From a virus (taxonomy: Duplodnaviria > Heunggongvirae > Uroviricota > Caudoviricetes), in IMG/VR virus record IMGVR_UViG_651053021_000003: 47,598 nt of DNA; one strand, 5' to 3'. How positions within the stretch are numbered: position 1 is the first letter of the stretch; the number at the start of each line of letters is the position of its first letter. This document shows, piece by piece, positions 1-11,011 of this stretch. The translations under genes were made by a program, and so were the position numbers. Under the pieces are notes generated by a model that was not told where the DNA came from, searched no databases, and saw nothing but the letters and a program-made list of their open reading frames with translations.

Positions 1-1284
1 TTACAGACTTCTGGACGGTTGCGCAGCTCTTACAACATGTGGTTGATCTTCTGCGGCGTCTTCCAGCGCACTTAAATCACGGTCTTTCACTTCTGGCATT
101 TTCAGCGCAGAGATTAAACCAATCACAGAATATGCCATGATCATAATGGCGATCGGATACCAGGATTCCGTCATGGTGCAGAAAATCCCCGCCAGGATAG
201 GACCAAAACCGGAAGCGATAAGACCACCAATTTCTTTAGAAATAGCCATTCGGGTAAAGCGGTTTTTACAGCCGAACATTTCTGCCATGGTAATGTTTTC
301 CAGAGCAAATAATCCCAGCACCGCACAGTTATGAATCACAATCAGTGCAACCATAATGGTGCTCGGGGCATAGCTTTTATCTACGATGATAGAAAGCATT
401 GGCCATGCCAGCACAATCGCAGAGGTATTCATAATAATATACGGGATCCGGCGACCAATTTTATCGGATAACCAACCAAGGAACGGAATGGTCATAAAGC
501 CGAGAATCGAACTGATCATCAATGCATCTGTTGGAATTGCTTTGTTAAACAATAACGTCTGCACTAAATAGCCTGCAAGGAAAGTCTGAATTAAACCGGA
601 GTTACCAGCCTGACCAAAACGCAGCCCTGTTGCCAGCCAGAAGGATTTGCTCTGGAACATGCTACCAGCAGGTGCAGGTTTTGCTGTCGGTTGGTTGCTG
701 TCGTTAACCTTCTCAAAGACCGGGCTTTCTTTCAGATTCATACGCAACCAGATAGCAAAGACCATCACGACAACGCTCGCCAGGAACGGTATACGCCATC
801 CCCACGCCAGCAGTTCCTCTTTACTGAGAATGAAGAACATAAAGGCCCAGATTGCCGTTGCGCTCAAGGTTCCGCAGTTAGTTCCCATAGCCACAAATGA
901 GGAGATAATTCCGCGCTTACCTTTTGGCGCATATTCCGCCAGCATCGTACCGGCACCGGAAATTTCCGCACCTGCACCCAACCCCTGAATAATACGCAGC
1001 GTCACCAGCAAGATGGGGGCAAAAACACCAATTTGTGCATAAGTCGGTAACACACCAATTAAGGTGGTACAGATCCCCATCATGGTGATGGTAATAAAGA
1101 GCACTTTTTTACGCCCTATTCTGTCGCCCATTTTGCCGAAAATAAATGCTCCGACAATACGTGCCACATAACCTGCACCATAGGTTCCCATTGCCAGAAT
1201 TAACGCCATTGCCGTTGATGATTCAGGAAAAAATATTTCATGAAACACTAACGCTGCGCCGAGCGAATATAACTGGAAGTCCAT
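1..1284 (-). CDS. ydfJ: MFS-family inner membrane transporter (YdfJ-like), 427 aa
   Basis: Full-length ORF with many hydrophobic segments and an MFS-like motif (GKMGDRIGRKK); stop codon at window bases 1-3; sits at left edge of prophage. Confidence 0.8.
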   Translation of the reverse strand: MDFQLYSLGAALVFHEIFFPESSTAMALILAMGTYGAGYVARIVGAFIFGKMGDRIGRKKVLFITITMMGICTTLIGVLPTYAQIGVFAPILLVTLRIIQGLGAGAEISGAGTMLAEYAPKGKRGIISSFVAMGTNCGTLSATAIWAFMFFILSKEELLAWGWRIPFLASVVVMVFAIWLRMNLKESPVFEKVNDSNQPTAKPAPAGSMFQSKSFWLATGLRFGQAGNSGLIQTFLAGYLVQTLLFNKAIPTDALMISSILGFMTIPFLGWLSDKIGRRIPYIIMNTSAIVLAWPMLSIIVDKSYAPSTIMVALIVIHNCAVLGLFALENITMAEMFGCKNRFTRMAISKEIGGLIASGFGPILAGIFCTMTESWYPIAIMIMAYSVIGLISALKMPEVKDRDLSALEDAAEDQPHVVRAAQPSRSL

Positions 1285-2069
1285 AATTCACAGGTGTTTT
1301 TTCCCATCCTGTGGTTTCCTTGGCGTTTTCTAGGTTTTTTCAGATAGTTGCATTTTTTAAAAAGCATCCTAAGTTCGATCTCAGTGTCTATCTGGGGCCT
1401 ATTTCTGTCCCATATATGCCCCAAAAAAACTCCTCAACAGATAAGTAGTTTTTTCATGGAGTTACGCGTAAAATCAATAACGGCTGGAAATCATTCAATA
1501 CTCGCACTATCGAAAAATTTACCAGCCAACCGCAGCACGTTCTTGCATAAGGCGTGTCTGCGGTTTTTCAACTATTCAGATACATCACTCCCATCACATT
1601 CATTCCTCCGCATCAAAGGCATATAGGCTATATCACCTTGATATTTTTCTTCTTCAGATAAAAACTGTTATCTATGTATACTTTTAAACCCAATCCGTGT
1701 AGAGTCTCTGCATAAGATAGTTTGCAGTTGCCACTTCAGCTTGCGCCATAAACCGCCTGATTTTTGCCGCCATCTGTTAGCATTCCTGTATACCTGAAAC
1801 GACAATGTTTATCTACGAACTTTAAGAACACCCAGGATAAAAATTGTCAACTATATCACATATAACACATTACTAATTCGAGGCTATATGAACAGCATAC
1901 TGATAATCACTTCGCTCCTTATCATATTCAGCATTTTTAGTCATGCTCTAATAAAATTAGGGATTGGCATATCCAATAACCCAGACAAAACCGATGTATA
2001 AGTCAACATATCCTGAATCAGACATACAATATCGCAATGAAAATCAATAATATTTTAAGGAATATATTC

Positions 2070-2303
2070 ATGAAATCAAAAGACACCCTAAAGTGGTTCC
2101 CTGCGCAGCTTCCTGAAGTCAGAATTATCCTAGGGGATGCTGTAGTGGAAGTAGCAAAACAGGGAAGACCTATCAATACCAGAACATTGCTTGATTACAT
2201 TGAAGGAAACATAAAGAAAAAATCATGGCTGGATAACAAAGAATTATTACAAACAGCGATATCAGTTCTTAAAGACAACCAAAATTTAAATGGTAAAATG
2301 TAA
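2070..2303 (+). CDS. ydfK: Cold-shock-induced small protein YdfK/YnaE family
   Basis: Translation MKSKDTLKWFPAQLPEV... matches recalled YdfK/YnaE; start moved to internal ATG at 2070 with AAGGAA upstream. Confidence 0.75.
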   Translation: MKSKDTLKWFPAQLPEVRIILGDAVVEVAKQGRPINTRTLLDYIEGNIKKKSWLDNKELLQTAISVLKDNQNLNGKM

Positions 2304-2619
2304 TATAATAAACTTACTTTTTTATCATTTTTCCACTTTAACAACATTTTGCTCCACTTTTCCACGACCAAACAACTTGAAATCTGGTTAAAATAACACG
2401 CAACACTATTCTTCTTCCTTGAGTCCGCCCGGAACTCGAAAAACAAACCGAGTTAAAGCTATTTTTCACAAAATCGATTTTGGGTCTCACCAAAATTACG
2501 GGGTTGCATACGCATTCGTTTATTTTCGAACGTGTACATACAAACATGCACAAAAATAATCAAAATTATTTTCTGAGATGCATTATGATATGAACACCAA
2601 TTTCGTATAGAGTCTCACT

Positions 2620-3210
2620 ATGTCTCGAATTTTTGCTTACTGTCGGATATCAACGCTGGATCAGACCACCGAAAATCAACGCCGGGAAATCGAAAGTGCA
2701 GGTTTTAAAATCAAACCTCAGCAAATAATCGAAGAACACATTAGCGGCTCAGCAGCAACCAGTGAGCGTCCTGGTTTTAACCGGTTGCTTGCTCGCCTGA
2801 AATGTGGTGATCAATTGATTGTGACAAAACTGGATCGCCTTGGTTGTAATGCAATGGATATCAGGAAAACAGTGGAACAACTGACCGAAACAGGTATCAG
2901 AGTGCATTGCTTAGCATTGGGGGGCATTGACCTGACCAGTCCAACAGGAAAAATGATGATGCAAGTAATTTCAGCAGTCGCTGAATTTGAACGAGACCTT
3001 TTACTTGAACGCACTCATTCCGGGATAGTAAGAGCCCGGGGCGCAGGGAAACGTTTTGGTCGACCACCTGTGTTAAATGAAGAACAGAAACAGGTGGTAT
3101 TCGAACGGATTAAGTCAGGTGTAAGTATAAGTGCCATTGCCCGGGAATTCAAAACCTCGCGGCAAACCATTTTAAGAGCCAAAGCAAAACTTCAGACACC
3201 TGACATATAA
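2620..3210 (+). CDS. pin: Serine recombinase / DNA invertase Pin (Gin/Hin/Cin family), 196 aa
   Basis: N-terminal resolvase catalytic domain (YCRISTLDQ) and C-terminal HTH; size typical of Pin/Gin. Confidence 0.9.
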
Positions 3211-3437
3211 AAAATAATCTCGGTGTGAGATGCCTTACGTCTTCCAAGCCCCCTTCCTTGCCGTAAATGGAAAGATACATCTAATTATAGAATTTATATG
3301 TTTTACCCTACGGCAGTGCTGGCCATTCAATATCCTGTGCAGTTGACGTATCAACACGGTTCAGCAACACCCGATACTTCTTCCAGGCTTCCCGCAACGA
3401 GGTTTCTTCCTCCGTTGCATATACAGCTCACCTTTTT

Positions 3438-3746
3438 TCACCCACGATTAACCAACAGCCAGACCAGCAGACACGCCACCACCGGCACAGCAAAATCCAT
3501 CAGGCTTGCCACATCCCACGCGCGCGGATCAAAACCGCCCCACCACGGCATATTCATTCGCTTGCCATGCCCGAACATTTCAATCCAGCGATATTCTGCC
3601 TGGGTGTGTTCACGCGCAATGAAGAACGTACAACCGGCTATCGCCCCGTAAGCCCAGTTCCCGGTAAAAAGACCAATCAGTAGCTGCGCAGCCACAGCAC
3701 AAAGCGCATGAAGGAAAGGTGTTATATCCATTTTCATCCTACCCAA
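3438..3746 (-). CDS. Hypothetical small membrane protein (102 aa)
   Basis: ORF with 2-3 hydrophobic helices located between pin and the tail-fibre genes; no recognised family. Confidence 0.4.
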   Translation of the reverse strand: MGRMKMDITPFLHALCAVAAQLLIGLFTGNWAYGAIAGCTFFIAREHTQAEYRWIEMFGHGKRMNMPWWGGFDPRAWDVASLMDFAVPVVACLLVWLLVNRG

Positions 3747-3773
3747 TAAAACGGGGCGCTCGGCCCCTTAATA

Positions 3774-4814
3774 TTATTTAGACGCAAGCGCCGCCTCAAT
3801 TGCAGATAATCTTTGTCTTAATTCTGCGTTTTCTTCTTCCAGTGCTGTTATTCTGTCGTCTGACTCTCTGGCTACCTGAACAAGCAAGCCAGTAACACCA
3901 GAATAATCTACTGTGTAATAACGTTCACCTTCTTCACCTTCCGATCCGCTTGCACCGTCCTGATATTTCATTGCGGAACCTACAACTTCTGGGATTGCTT
4001 CCAGAGCTTCCTGTGCAATGACACCAGCATAGGGCATACCGTTTTCTTTAAGCGTGTATGTATAGCCGTTCATTTTACGGATGCGGTCGGTTGCATTATC
4101 GATCACCTGAATGTTGTCTTTCAGATCCCGGTCGGAATGCTGGTTAAATGCGGTGGCATGACATGCACCATTAACGCTTAACATATAGGTGTTATCGGTA
4201 TTTTTCTGCGCATAGAACATATAAGCGCCACCATCAACACCGACTTCATAAACAACAGGACGGCTGGTGTTGCCCCACAATTGAGCAGTAACACCAGCAT
4301 AAGCGGTTCCCTGTGTGTTTAATGTCATGGTTGACCCATGATTGGCATATTTGATCTGTAATGTGTCGGTGTAATCAAATTTAATAAGCGCGTTACTTCC
4401 ACGCTTGCTGTATGACATAAGGCAGTTACCCATTTTGAGGTATCCGCTGTCACCGGGAAAAATCATCGTACCGCCATAAAGGTTGGTAAAGTCCCAGCAA
4501 ATGTTTGTCCCGTTATCGTTCAGGTTAAGGCGCGCCATTGCGTTACCTGGACTGTCTATCCATTTTTTGAGGTATAGTTCGCAATACGCATCCTCAACAC
4601 CTGCCGTCCTGTGAGTTGAGCGGAGTTTTCTCCCAAATATAGCTCCGCTAGTTGGCAATACCTGCTGATACCATGAAGCAGACCAGTCACCAACGATTTC
4701 ATCTTTGCTGTCTACATATAATTTTGTTGCGTAGCTTCCTTGATCGTTTTTTAATTTGCTAACGTCGGATTTTAGCGTTTTGATGTCATCAGGAATTACT
4801 GTCGATGTAGCCAT
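3774..4814 (-). CDS. Tail fibre / receptor-binding protein with C-terminal intramolecular-chaperone (peptidase S74-like) domain
   Basis: C-terminal ~110 aa (SDRDLKDNI...GVIAQE...VDYSGVTGLLVQ...coiled coil...ALASK) resembles self-cleaving chaperone domains of phage fibres. Confidence 0.55.
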   Translation of the reverse strand: MATSTVIPDDIKTLKSDVSKLKNDQGSYATKLYVDSKDEIVGDWSASWYQQVLPTSGAIFGRKLRSTHRTAGVEDAYCELYLKKWIDSPGNAMARLNLNDNGTNICWDFTNLYGGTMIFPGDSGYLKMGNCLMSYSKRGSNALIKFDYTDTLQIKYANHGSTMTLNTQGTAYAGVTAQLWGNTSRPVVYEVGVDGGAYMFYAQKNTDNTYMLSVNGACHATAFNQHSDRDLKDNIQVIDNATDRIRKMNGYTYTLKENGMPYAGVIAQEALEAIPEVVGSAMKYQDGASGSEGEEGERYYTVDYSGVTGLLVQVARESDDRITALEEENAELRQRLSAIEAALASK

Positions 4815-4823
4815 TTTTCTTCC

Positions 4824-5105
4824 TCACATCCAGCCACGAAGTTGATGCTCAACAGCAACCACGTATTCATCGAATAATGACGATATTTGCGAATCATTAA
4901 TGATGCGCACGTTTACAAAATATCCGTCTTCCTTAACACATACCGGTTCGCCATCTTCAGTCAGTTCTCCGGTTTCTTTGTACACGTTACCTATCACGTC
5001 AATAAGAATATCATCCTGCATCGACTCGTCATCATAATAGCCAGTGCTATCCATAAAGGCCGAAAAGTCGGCCCTGTCGGCAAATTTGAGTGTTAAATCT
5101 TTCAT
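4824..5105 (-). CDS. Putative tail-fibre assembly chaperone / accessory protein (93 aa)
   Basis: Acidic small ORF whose start overlaps the stf stop codon (translational coupling); position analogous to tfa. Confidence 0.4.
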   Translation of the reverse strand: MKDLTLKFADRADFSAFMDSTGYYDDESMQDDILIDVIGNVYKETGELTEDGEPVCVKEDGYFVNVRIINDSQISSLFDEYVVAVEHQLRGWM

Positions 5106-7477
5106 TAGATTGACTCCCCCACCTGAGCATCAGTCAATGCCTTGTGCCATATTCTGAAATTCCTGACATGACCAAATAAATGACGTAACCCGGCTGTAGT
5201 CTGGCCTCCAATACGGATAATTGCGGTGTTCTGAATACAGGACCATGTGGTTTTTGTTTCGCTGGATATATGCCCGTTACTTACTGAGCACGTAGACTGC
5301 TCTGACTTTACACGCATCCCCATAACCATTTTTTCAAGCGATGCGTTTTCGTTTACCCGTCTGTTAGCTCCTCCAATATCGCAATAAGGAAATCCGTCGT
5401 AATCTGTTGAACGACCGAAGCCAAGAATAATAGCCGCTCCGGTTTGATGACCGCCGGTATCAAAAACACGTGGCGCTGCATTTGGCGTTTTATACCAGTT
5501 CTTATGTACCTCACAAAGAACCGTAAAAGGAAGATTATAAAGATTATTCTTAATTGGAACTGTAACTATATCGCTTGCGCGGGTCGCCGCCGTCGCTCCT
5601 GATATAATAAAAGATGATACACAAGGCCCATCTTCTACTTGTGGGGTGGCCAGATAAATATAGTCACCAGATACGGTTGCCCCGCTCTGCTTAGGAGAAT
5701 ACTGTATCTGAGAGCCTATTTTTAACTCCCCATCAATTGCCTGAATTGTTGCCTCTGCAAAAATCCATCCGGTAGCTTCGTCCTTTCTGACTCTCGCTGT
5801 AATCCTTGAGGCAGCACCGCCTGTCATATTAATTTCAAGCGTTTGTGTATCAATATACGCATCACCAAGAAAAGTTGTTGCGCTACCGTCATATTTATCA
5901 AACCGGATACGCAACCTTACCTGCAGTTCTGTTTTAAAACGACATGAGGTTGTCACGTGTTTATTATCGCCTGAGACATCAACTGACTTTGTTGCAGCAA
6001 TTGATGCCATATTAATGGCTGAGGTTTGCCCAATCAGAGAATCGTTGCAGACAAACTTTCCATAGGTAAAACCAAAATTATCCGTCCCTGTTTCGGGCAC
6101 ATCCATATTTGACGATCGCCCCCAACTGGCAGGGCTTTCCGAATTGAGCATGTAGTTTGTTCTTTGCCCCTCAATAAGCAGGCCATCACGTTCAAATCGT
6201 GGCTCGTCAATGGCAGCCTCTGTCAGCACACCAGATTTGTTAATATAGGTTGCTTTCGATGCACGTTTAAACTTAACAATCTTGTCGCCAGGCATCGTTA
6301 TTTCATCGTCACCAATAACAATTTTTTTATATGACGGCGAAAAGCCCGTAATCATATCCAGCGAATCGTTAAATGGTATCCACACATCAGGCAGCGGCTG
6401 TAAGACATATTTATACGGCTCCGCAGCCTGGCTTGCGTACTCTCTGGCTGCATCTTCGCTTGCTTTAGCTGCCGTCTGGCTTGCTGCCGATGCTTTCGCT
6501 GAGTTCGCAGCCGCTGTTTCGCTCACCTTTGCGTTGGTTTCACTGGTTTTTGCTGCTTTTTGACTGTTAGCTGATGCAGTGGCAGAAGCAGCCGCCGCGC
6601 TTGCAGAACTGGCTGCGGCACTCTCGCTTTGAGCCGCTGCATCCTGACTGCTTTTCGCCGCAGTTTCACTGGCTTTGGCATTCGTTTCGCTGGTCTTCGC
6701 TGCCGTCTGGCTGGACTTTGCGTTAGTTTCACTCGTCTTCGCAGCTTTCTGGCTGTTAGCCGTAGCAGTTGCTGATCCAGCTGCTGAAGTCGCAGAACCG
6801 GCTGCCGCGCTCTCGCTTTGGGCTGCTGCAACCTGGCTGTTTTTTGCCGCAGTTTCACTGGCTTTAGCATTCGTTTCGCTGGTCTTCGCTGCCGTCTGGC
6901 TGGACTTTGCGTTGGTTTCGCTCGTCTTTGCGGCTGTCTCGCTATTTTTCGCGTTGGTTTCTGATTTTTTAGCTGCTGTTGCGGAGTTTGCCGATGCAGT
7001 CTGCGAGGCCGCTGCCGCCTGTGCGCTGTTAGCTGCATTCGTTTCTGAGGTTTTCGCCGCGTTCTTCGATGATGCCGCTGCAGTTTCGGATTTCTTTGCC
7101 GCCGCTGCGCTCTGAGAGGCGGCTTCAGCGTTGCGTGCCGCTTCTTCCACCATTTCCTCAAAACGACGCAATGCCTCCGGCATGACATCATCTTCCGTCA
7201 TGGCACCGAGAAAATCATTCAGCGTACCTGGTCTGGAACCTTCATAGACGGTAATGGTTCCGGCATGTGAAGGCGGAAAACCTTCAACAAGCAGGATAAC
7301 GCTGTACTGGCCATACTCAACATCCATGCTGTAACGCCCGGCTTCATCCGGATTTTCAGAGGCCACCGTGTTCACCAGTACCGTGGTGCTGTTACGCTTT
7401 GCCTTCAGTTGAATAGTGCAGTTCTGTATTGGTTTTCCCGCACCATCTTTCAGCACACCTGAAATCTGTACTGCCAT
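5105..7477 (-). CDS. stf: Side tail fibre protein Stf (lambda Stf-like N-terminus, collagen-like repeat shaft, LamG-like C-terminal domain)
   Basis: N-terminus MAVQISGVLKDGAGKPIQNCTIQLKAKRN matches lambda Stf; ATG at 7477 with GGAG upstream; Ala/Ser/Thr-rich repeats; C-terminal lectin-like segment. Confidence 0.85.
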   Translation of the reverse strand: MAVQISGVLKDGAGKPIQNCTIQLKAKRNSTTVLVNTVASENPDEAGRYSMDVEYGQYSVILLVEGFPPSHAGTITVYEGSRPGTLNDFLGAMTEDDVMPEALRRFEEMVEEAARNAEAASQSAAAAKKSETAAASSKNAAKTSETNAANSAQAAAASQTASANSATAAKKSETNAKNSETAAKTSETNAKSSQTAAKTSETNAKASETAAKNSQVAAAQSESAAAGSATSAAGSATATANSQKAAKTSETNAKSSQTAAKTSETNAKASETAAKSSQDAAAQSESAAASSASAAAASATASANSQKAAKTSETNAKVSETAAANSAKASAASQTAAKASEDAAREYASQAAEPYKYVLQPLPDVWIPFNDSLDMITGFSPSYKKIVIGDDEITMPGDKIVKFKRASKATYINKSGVLTEAAIDEPRFERDGLLIEGQRTNYMLNSESPASWGRSSNMDVPETGTDNFGFTYGKFVCNDSLIGQTSAINMASIAATKSVDVSGDNKHVTTSCRFKTELQVRLRIRFDKYDGSATTFLGDAYIDTQTLEINMTGGAASRITARVRKDEATGWIFAEATIQAIDGELKIGSQIQYSPKQSGATVSGDYIYLATPQVEDGPCVSSFIISGATAATRASDIVTVPIKNNLYNLPFTVLCEVHKNWYKTPNAAPRVFDTGGHQTGAAIILGFGRSTDYDGFPYCDIGGANRRVNENASLEKMVMGMRVKSEQSTCSVSNGHISSETKTTWSCIQNTAIIRIGGQTTAGLRHLFGHVRNFRIWHKALTDAQVGESI
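6480..6960 (-). repeat. In-frame tandem repeats (~170-230 nt units) encoding AAKTSETNAKSSQT-type shaft repeats of Stf
   Basis: Near-identical DNA blocks (e.g. gcagtttcactggctttggcattcgtttcgctggtcttcgctgccgtctggctggactttgcg) occur twice; protein shows duplicated ~57-aa units. Confidence 0.7.
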
Positions 7478-7491
7478 ACTCACTCCACAAA

Positions 7492-7516
7492 TAAAAAAGG
7501 CGCCATTTCTGGCGCC
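7492..7516 (-). terminator. Rho-independent terminator-like hairpin between J and stf
   Basis: GGCGCC-atttct-GGCGCC stem-loop followed on the minus strand by a T-run. Confidence 0.55.
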
Positions 7517-7537
7517 CGTATTGGGGTTATAAATATT

Positions 7538-10500
7538 TCAACGGATACTGATACCGGAAGCAGCTTTTTTGGTCACAATCACCGTACAGTCTGTGATGTT
7601 ACCTGCGCCCTGATTGCCTTTCTGGAAAATCTTAAACTCCAGAGTGACGTTACCACCACCACTCGGCATATCAATAACCGCACTGTAACTACCGGGAATG
7701 GCTCCTTTAGTTTCTCTGGATGCGATTAATACGCCATTTTTGCGAACTTCAAAACCATAACCCGTGTATCGCGTACCTCCCGGGTTATTACCGCTCCCCG
7801 GATCGTCATACGCCACACCGTTAAAAATAATGGGCGGAATAATGATTTGGCGGTCAAAGTTATGATCATCGTAAATGGTGACTGTAACCGTCCCGTTTGG
7901 TGTTTCCGTGTTACCCCACGTACCAGCCTTTTTCGGGAATGATTTGGATACAGTTTTAACGAAGTCACCTCTGACCTGGTTCGCCTCCAGCATGCCCTTA
8001 ATCGTACAGTTTTCATTTACCGTGACATTATTGAGCGTCCCGGAGTTCGCATTCACGTTACCGCTGATATCAGCATTTCTCGCCGTCAGCCGCCCGTCCG
8101 GTGTCAGGGAAAATGCCGGAGGATTACCGCCGCTGGTAATGGTGGGAGCCGTCAGATACTTCAGGAACACTTCGTTCATGAATATCTGGTTGCCCTGCGC
8201 CACAAACATCGGCGTTTCATTCCCGTTTGCCGGGTCAATAAACGCGATACGGTTAGCGGCAACCAGGAACTGGCTCAGTTTGCCTTCCTCCGTATCCTCC
8301 ATGCTGAGGCCAAGCCCCGCGACATAATGTTTGCCGTCTTTGGTCTGCTCAATTTTGACGCCCCACATGGCATTCCATTTATCGTTGGCGTCCTTCCACT
8401 CTTTCGAAAACTCCTCCAGTCTGCTGGCGTTATCCTCCGTCAGCTCGACTTTTTCCAGCAGCTCCTTGCCGAGATGGGATTCGGTTATCTTGCCTTTGAA
8501 AAAATCCAGGTAACCTTCCGCATCATCGCTCGCCCGACCGACGGCCTCCACGAATGCCGATTTGCCAACGGTGTTCACACTGCGGATATAAAAGTAATAA
8601 TCATGGCCCGGTTTGATATTGATACTGGCGGCTATCCAGTACAGCGCCGTACCAAGATAGCGGGCTGTGGTTTCAACCTGCCTGATATCGGTAATCCGCT
8701 TTTCCGAGAACCAGAACTCAAACTGTACCGTCGGATCATAAATCGCAAGATGCGGCGTGGCGGTTATCTGAAAATAGCCCGGCGTCAGCTCAATCCTCGA
8801 CGGTGCTGCCGGTGCGGCAATCCGGAACGATACCGACGCCGGATCGCCCTGCTGTCCCCACGCATTTACCGCCCGGACTGTCAGCGTGTACCGCCCCAGC
8901 GCCAGTTGCATGAAGCGGTATGTGGTTTCCGTCGTCCGGGCCGTGCTGACCAGCCGCTCACTGCCGTCATCCGCTGCCACGGTCAGGCGAAGCATAAAGC
9001 TCACCCCCTTCACCACCTTCGGCGTGTCCCAGCGCGCCAGCACCTGATATTCCCCGCTGTCTGCGGTGACTTCTGCGGTCAGGTGTTGCACTGCTGGCGG
9101 CGTGACACCATTCACCGTGCCGCTCTGGTCGCCGTCAAAGTACGCCCCGTTATCCACGATGGCCTCTTTTTCCGGTACATGCTGCACGGCGGTGATGGCA
9201 TACGTGCCGTCGTCGTTCTCACGGATACTCACGCAGCGGAACAGGCGCTGGCGCAGCGTCGGCAGCTTCAGCCCCCACACGCTGTATTCAGCAACACCGT
9301 CAGGAACACGGCTCACTTTCACCTTCACGCCGTCGGTGACGGACTGAACCTCCACGCTGACCGGATTGCCACTTCCGTCAACCAGGCTTATCAGCGTGGT
9401 ACCGGAGGATGGCAGCGTGATTTCACGGTCGAGCGTCAGCGTCCGGGTCTGGCTGTTCACCGCCAGCACACGACCACCGGTGCTGATACCGGCATAGTCA
9501 TCATCGCAGATTTCAATAACATCGCCCGGTACATGGCGAAGCCCTTCTGCGCCGACGCTGAAATCCACGGTCTGCGTTTCCAGCAGTTCTGTTTTAATCA
9601 GCCACAGCCCGGCGCGGTGTGCCTGCCCCCGGCTGGTACAGCCAAAAGCATCCATCTTCGTGACGTTACGACCGTAACGGGCAATGGCCTGCGTATCCTC
9701 CACAAGCTCTGTCGCCGTCTCCCAGCCGTTGTTCGGGTCAATCCAGTTCACCTCAACGGCATTATGGCGGTCCTTGAGGGCGCTGAAGCTGTAGCGGAAC
9801 GGCGCGCCATCATCCGGCATCACCACATTACTGCGGTTATAGGTCCACACCTTATCCGACGGTCGGTCCTGCACGAACGTCAGCGTCTGCCCGTTCCATA
9901 CCGGCATACAGCGCATCGCCGAGCAGAAATCACTGAGAACATCCCACGCCTTACGCTGTGTGGTCAGGTAAGCGTTACAGGTGATGCGCGGCTCCGTGCC
10001 GCCAGAGCCGTCCGGCACCGACTGGTCGCAATTCTGGCCGATGACATACAGCGCCCATTTGTCCACATCCGCCGCACCAAGACGTTTACCCATGCCGTAG
10101 CGCGGGTGGGTCAGCATATCCCACAGACACCAGGCCATGTTGTTGCTGTATGCTGGCTTAAACGTTCCGTCCCAGATACCGCTGTATTGCCGCGTCTGCG
10201 GGTTATAGTTCGACGGCACCTGCAGAATGCGCCCGCGAAGATGATAATTACGGCTCACCTGCTGGCTGCCGAACTGTTCCGAGTCCACCTGCACGCCGAC
10301 CAGTGCCGTGTTCGGGTAGCACTGTTTCACATCGATGATTTCGGTGTATGACGACCAGAGCGTTTTGTTCTGCAGCTGGTCTGTGGTGCTGTCCGGTGTC
10401 ATCCTGCGCATCCGGATATTAAACGGGCGCGGCGGCAGGTTACCCACCACCACCGATGCCAGATACTGTGAGGTGGTTTTGCCTTTAATGGTGATGTCTT

Positions 10501-10951
10501 TTTCCGTCACCCAGCCACCGTTACGCTGTATCTGAACCAGCAGGCGGACTTCCGACGGATTCCGGTCCCCCTTTGAGGTGGTTTCCACCAGTGCCTGCAC
10601 ACCGAAGGTCAGGCGCAGACGGTCGATGTTTGCAGACGTGATGGTCCGGGTAATCGGCGTGTCGTACTTCACTTCCGTACCCAGCACCGTCTCGGAGCCG
10701 GAGGATTCAAATCCCTCCGGCGGTGTCTGCTCCTGCTCACCTGCCCGGAAAACCACCGTGACACCGGAGATATTGGTATTCCCCTCACTGTCCAGCACTG
10801 GCGTACTGTTCAGCAGCACGCTTTTTAATCCGTCCACCGGACCTTCAACCGGCCCTTCACTGATGGCATCGATCACACTCAGCAACTGCGTGGATTTCAG
10901 GTTGTCCTTCGCTTCGCGCGGGGTATGCCCCTTACTGCTGCCTTTACCCAT
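7538..10951 (-). CDS. J: Host specificity / central tail fibre protein J (1137 aa)
   Basis: Length and sequence architecture match lambda gpJ (fibronectin-like repeats, C-terminal receptor-binding region). Confidence 0.95.
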   Translation of the reverse strand: MGKGSSKGHTPREAKDNLKSTQLLSVIDAISEGPVEGPVDGLKSVLLNSTPVLDSEGNTNISGVTVVFRAGEQEQTPPEGFESSGSETVLGTEVKYDTPITRTITSANIDRLRLTFGVQALVETTSKGDRNPSEVRLLVQIQRNGGWVTEKDITIKGKTTSQYLASVVVGNLPPRPFNIRMRRMTPDSTTDQLQNKTLWSSYTEIIDVKQCYPNTALVGVQVDSEQFGSQQVSRNYHLRGRILQVPSNYNPQTRQYSGIWDGTFKPAYSNNMAWCLWDMLTHPRYGMGKRLGAADVDKWALYVIGQNCDQSVPDGSGGTEPRITCNAYLTTQRKAWDVLSDFCSAMRCMPVWNGQTLTFVQDRPSDKVWTYNRSNVVMPDDGAPFRYSFSALKDRHNAVEVNWIDPNNGWETATELVEDTQAIARYGRNVTKMDAFGCTSRGQAHRAGLWLIKTELLETQTVDFSVGAEGLRHVPGDVIEICDDDYAGISTGGRVLAVNSQTRTLTLDREITLPSSGTTLISLVDGSGNPVSVEVQSVTDGVKVKVSRVPDGVAEYSVWGLKLPTLRQRLFRCVSIRENDDGTYAITAVQHVPEKEAIVDNGAYFDGDQSGTVNGVTPPAVQHLTAEVTADSGEYQVLARWDTPKVVKGVSFMLRLTVAADDGSERLVSTARTTETTYRFMQLALGRYTLTVRAVNAWGQQGDPASVSFRIAAPAAPSRIELTPGYFQITATPHLAIYDPTVQFEFWFSEKRITDIRQVETTARYLGTALYWIAASINIKPGHDYYFYIRSVNTVGKSAFVEAVGRASDDAEGYLDFFKGKITESHLGKELLEKVELTEDNASRLEEFSKEWKDANDKWNAMWGVKIEQTKDGKHYVAGLGLSMEDTEEGKLSQFLVAANRIAFIDPANGNETPMFVAQGNQIFMNEVFLKYLTAPTITSGGNPPAFSLTPDGRLTARNADISGNVNANSGTLNNVTVNENCTIKGMLEANQVRGDFVKTVSKSFPKKAGTWGNTETPNGTVTVTIYDDHNFDRQIIIPPIIFNGVAYDDPGSGNNPGGTRYTGYGFEVRKNGVLIASRETKGAIPGSYSAVIDMPSGGGNVTLEFKIFQKGNQGAGNITDCTVIVTKKAASGISIR

Positions 10952-11011
10952 TCGTCATGCTCCATAAACGACAAAACCGCCCGGAGGCGGTCTCACATAA
11001 AACATTCTGCA

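Noticed and set aside
1698-2622. Similar sequences GT(G/A)TAGAGTCTC upstream of ydfK (~1700) and at the pin start (~2605) as a possible recombination pair
   Set aside because: They are direct, not inverted, repeats and one overlaps the pin ribosome-binding region; more likely promoter/leader similarity or chance.
3211-3420. Possible Pin crossover sites near pin (e.g. CGAGGTTT-containing sequence ~3390, TTCCTTGCCGTAAATGGAAAGA ~3265, palindrome ATTTTGG-gtctca-CCAAAAT ~2488)
   Set aside because: None forms the expected 12-2-12 inverted half-site arrangement with AAACC/GGTTT inner arms, and no matching partner in inverse orientation was found; too weak to call.
3298-3651. 117-aa plus-strand ORF after pin, and the 92-aa plus-strand ORF at 1348..1626
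   Set aside because: The first overlaps the minus-strand membrane-protein ORF, has Pro/Ser/Thr-rich low-complexity composition and no RBS. The second lies in an AT-rich intergenic region with no RBS.
6282-7191. Arg/Gln-rich 222-aa minus-strand ORF and Ala/Phe-rich plus-strand ORFs (93 aa, 146 aa) overlapping stf
   Set aside because: Alternative-frame and antisense readings of the Ala/Ser/Thr codon repeats of the Stf shaft; low-complexity and without RBS.
8327-10351. 674-aa plus-strand ORF, and several 60-150 aa ORFs, antisense to gene J
   Set aside because: They lie entirely inside the well-supported J gene on the opposite strand, and their Arg/His/Pro-rich composition is typical of antisense frames of GC-rich coding DNA.
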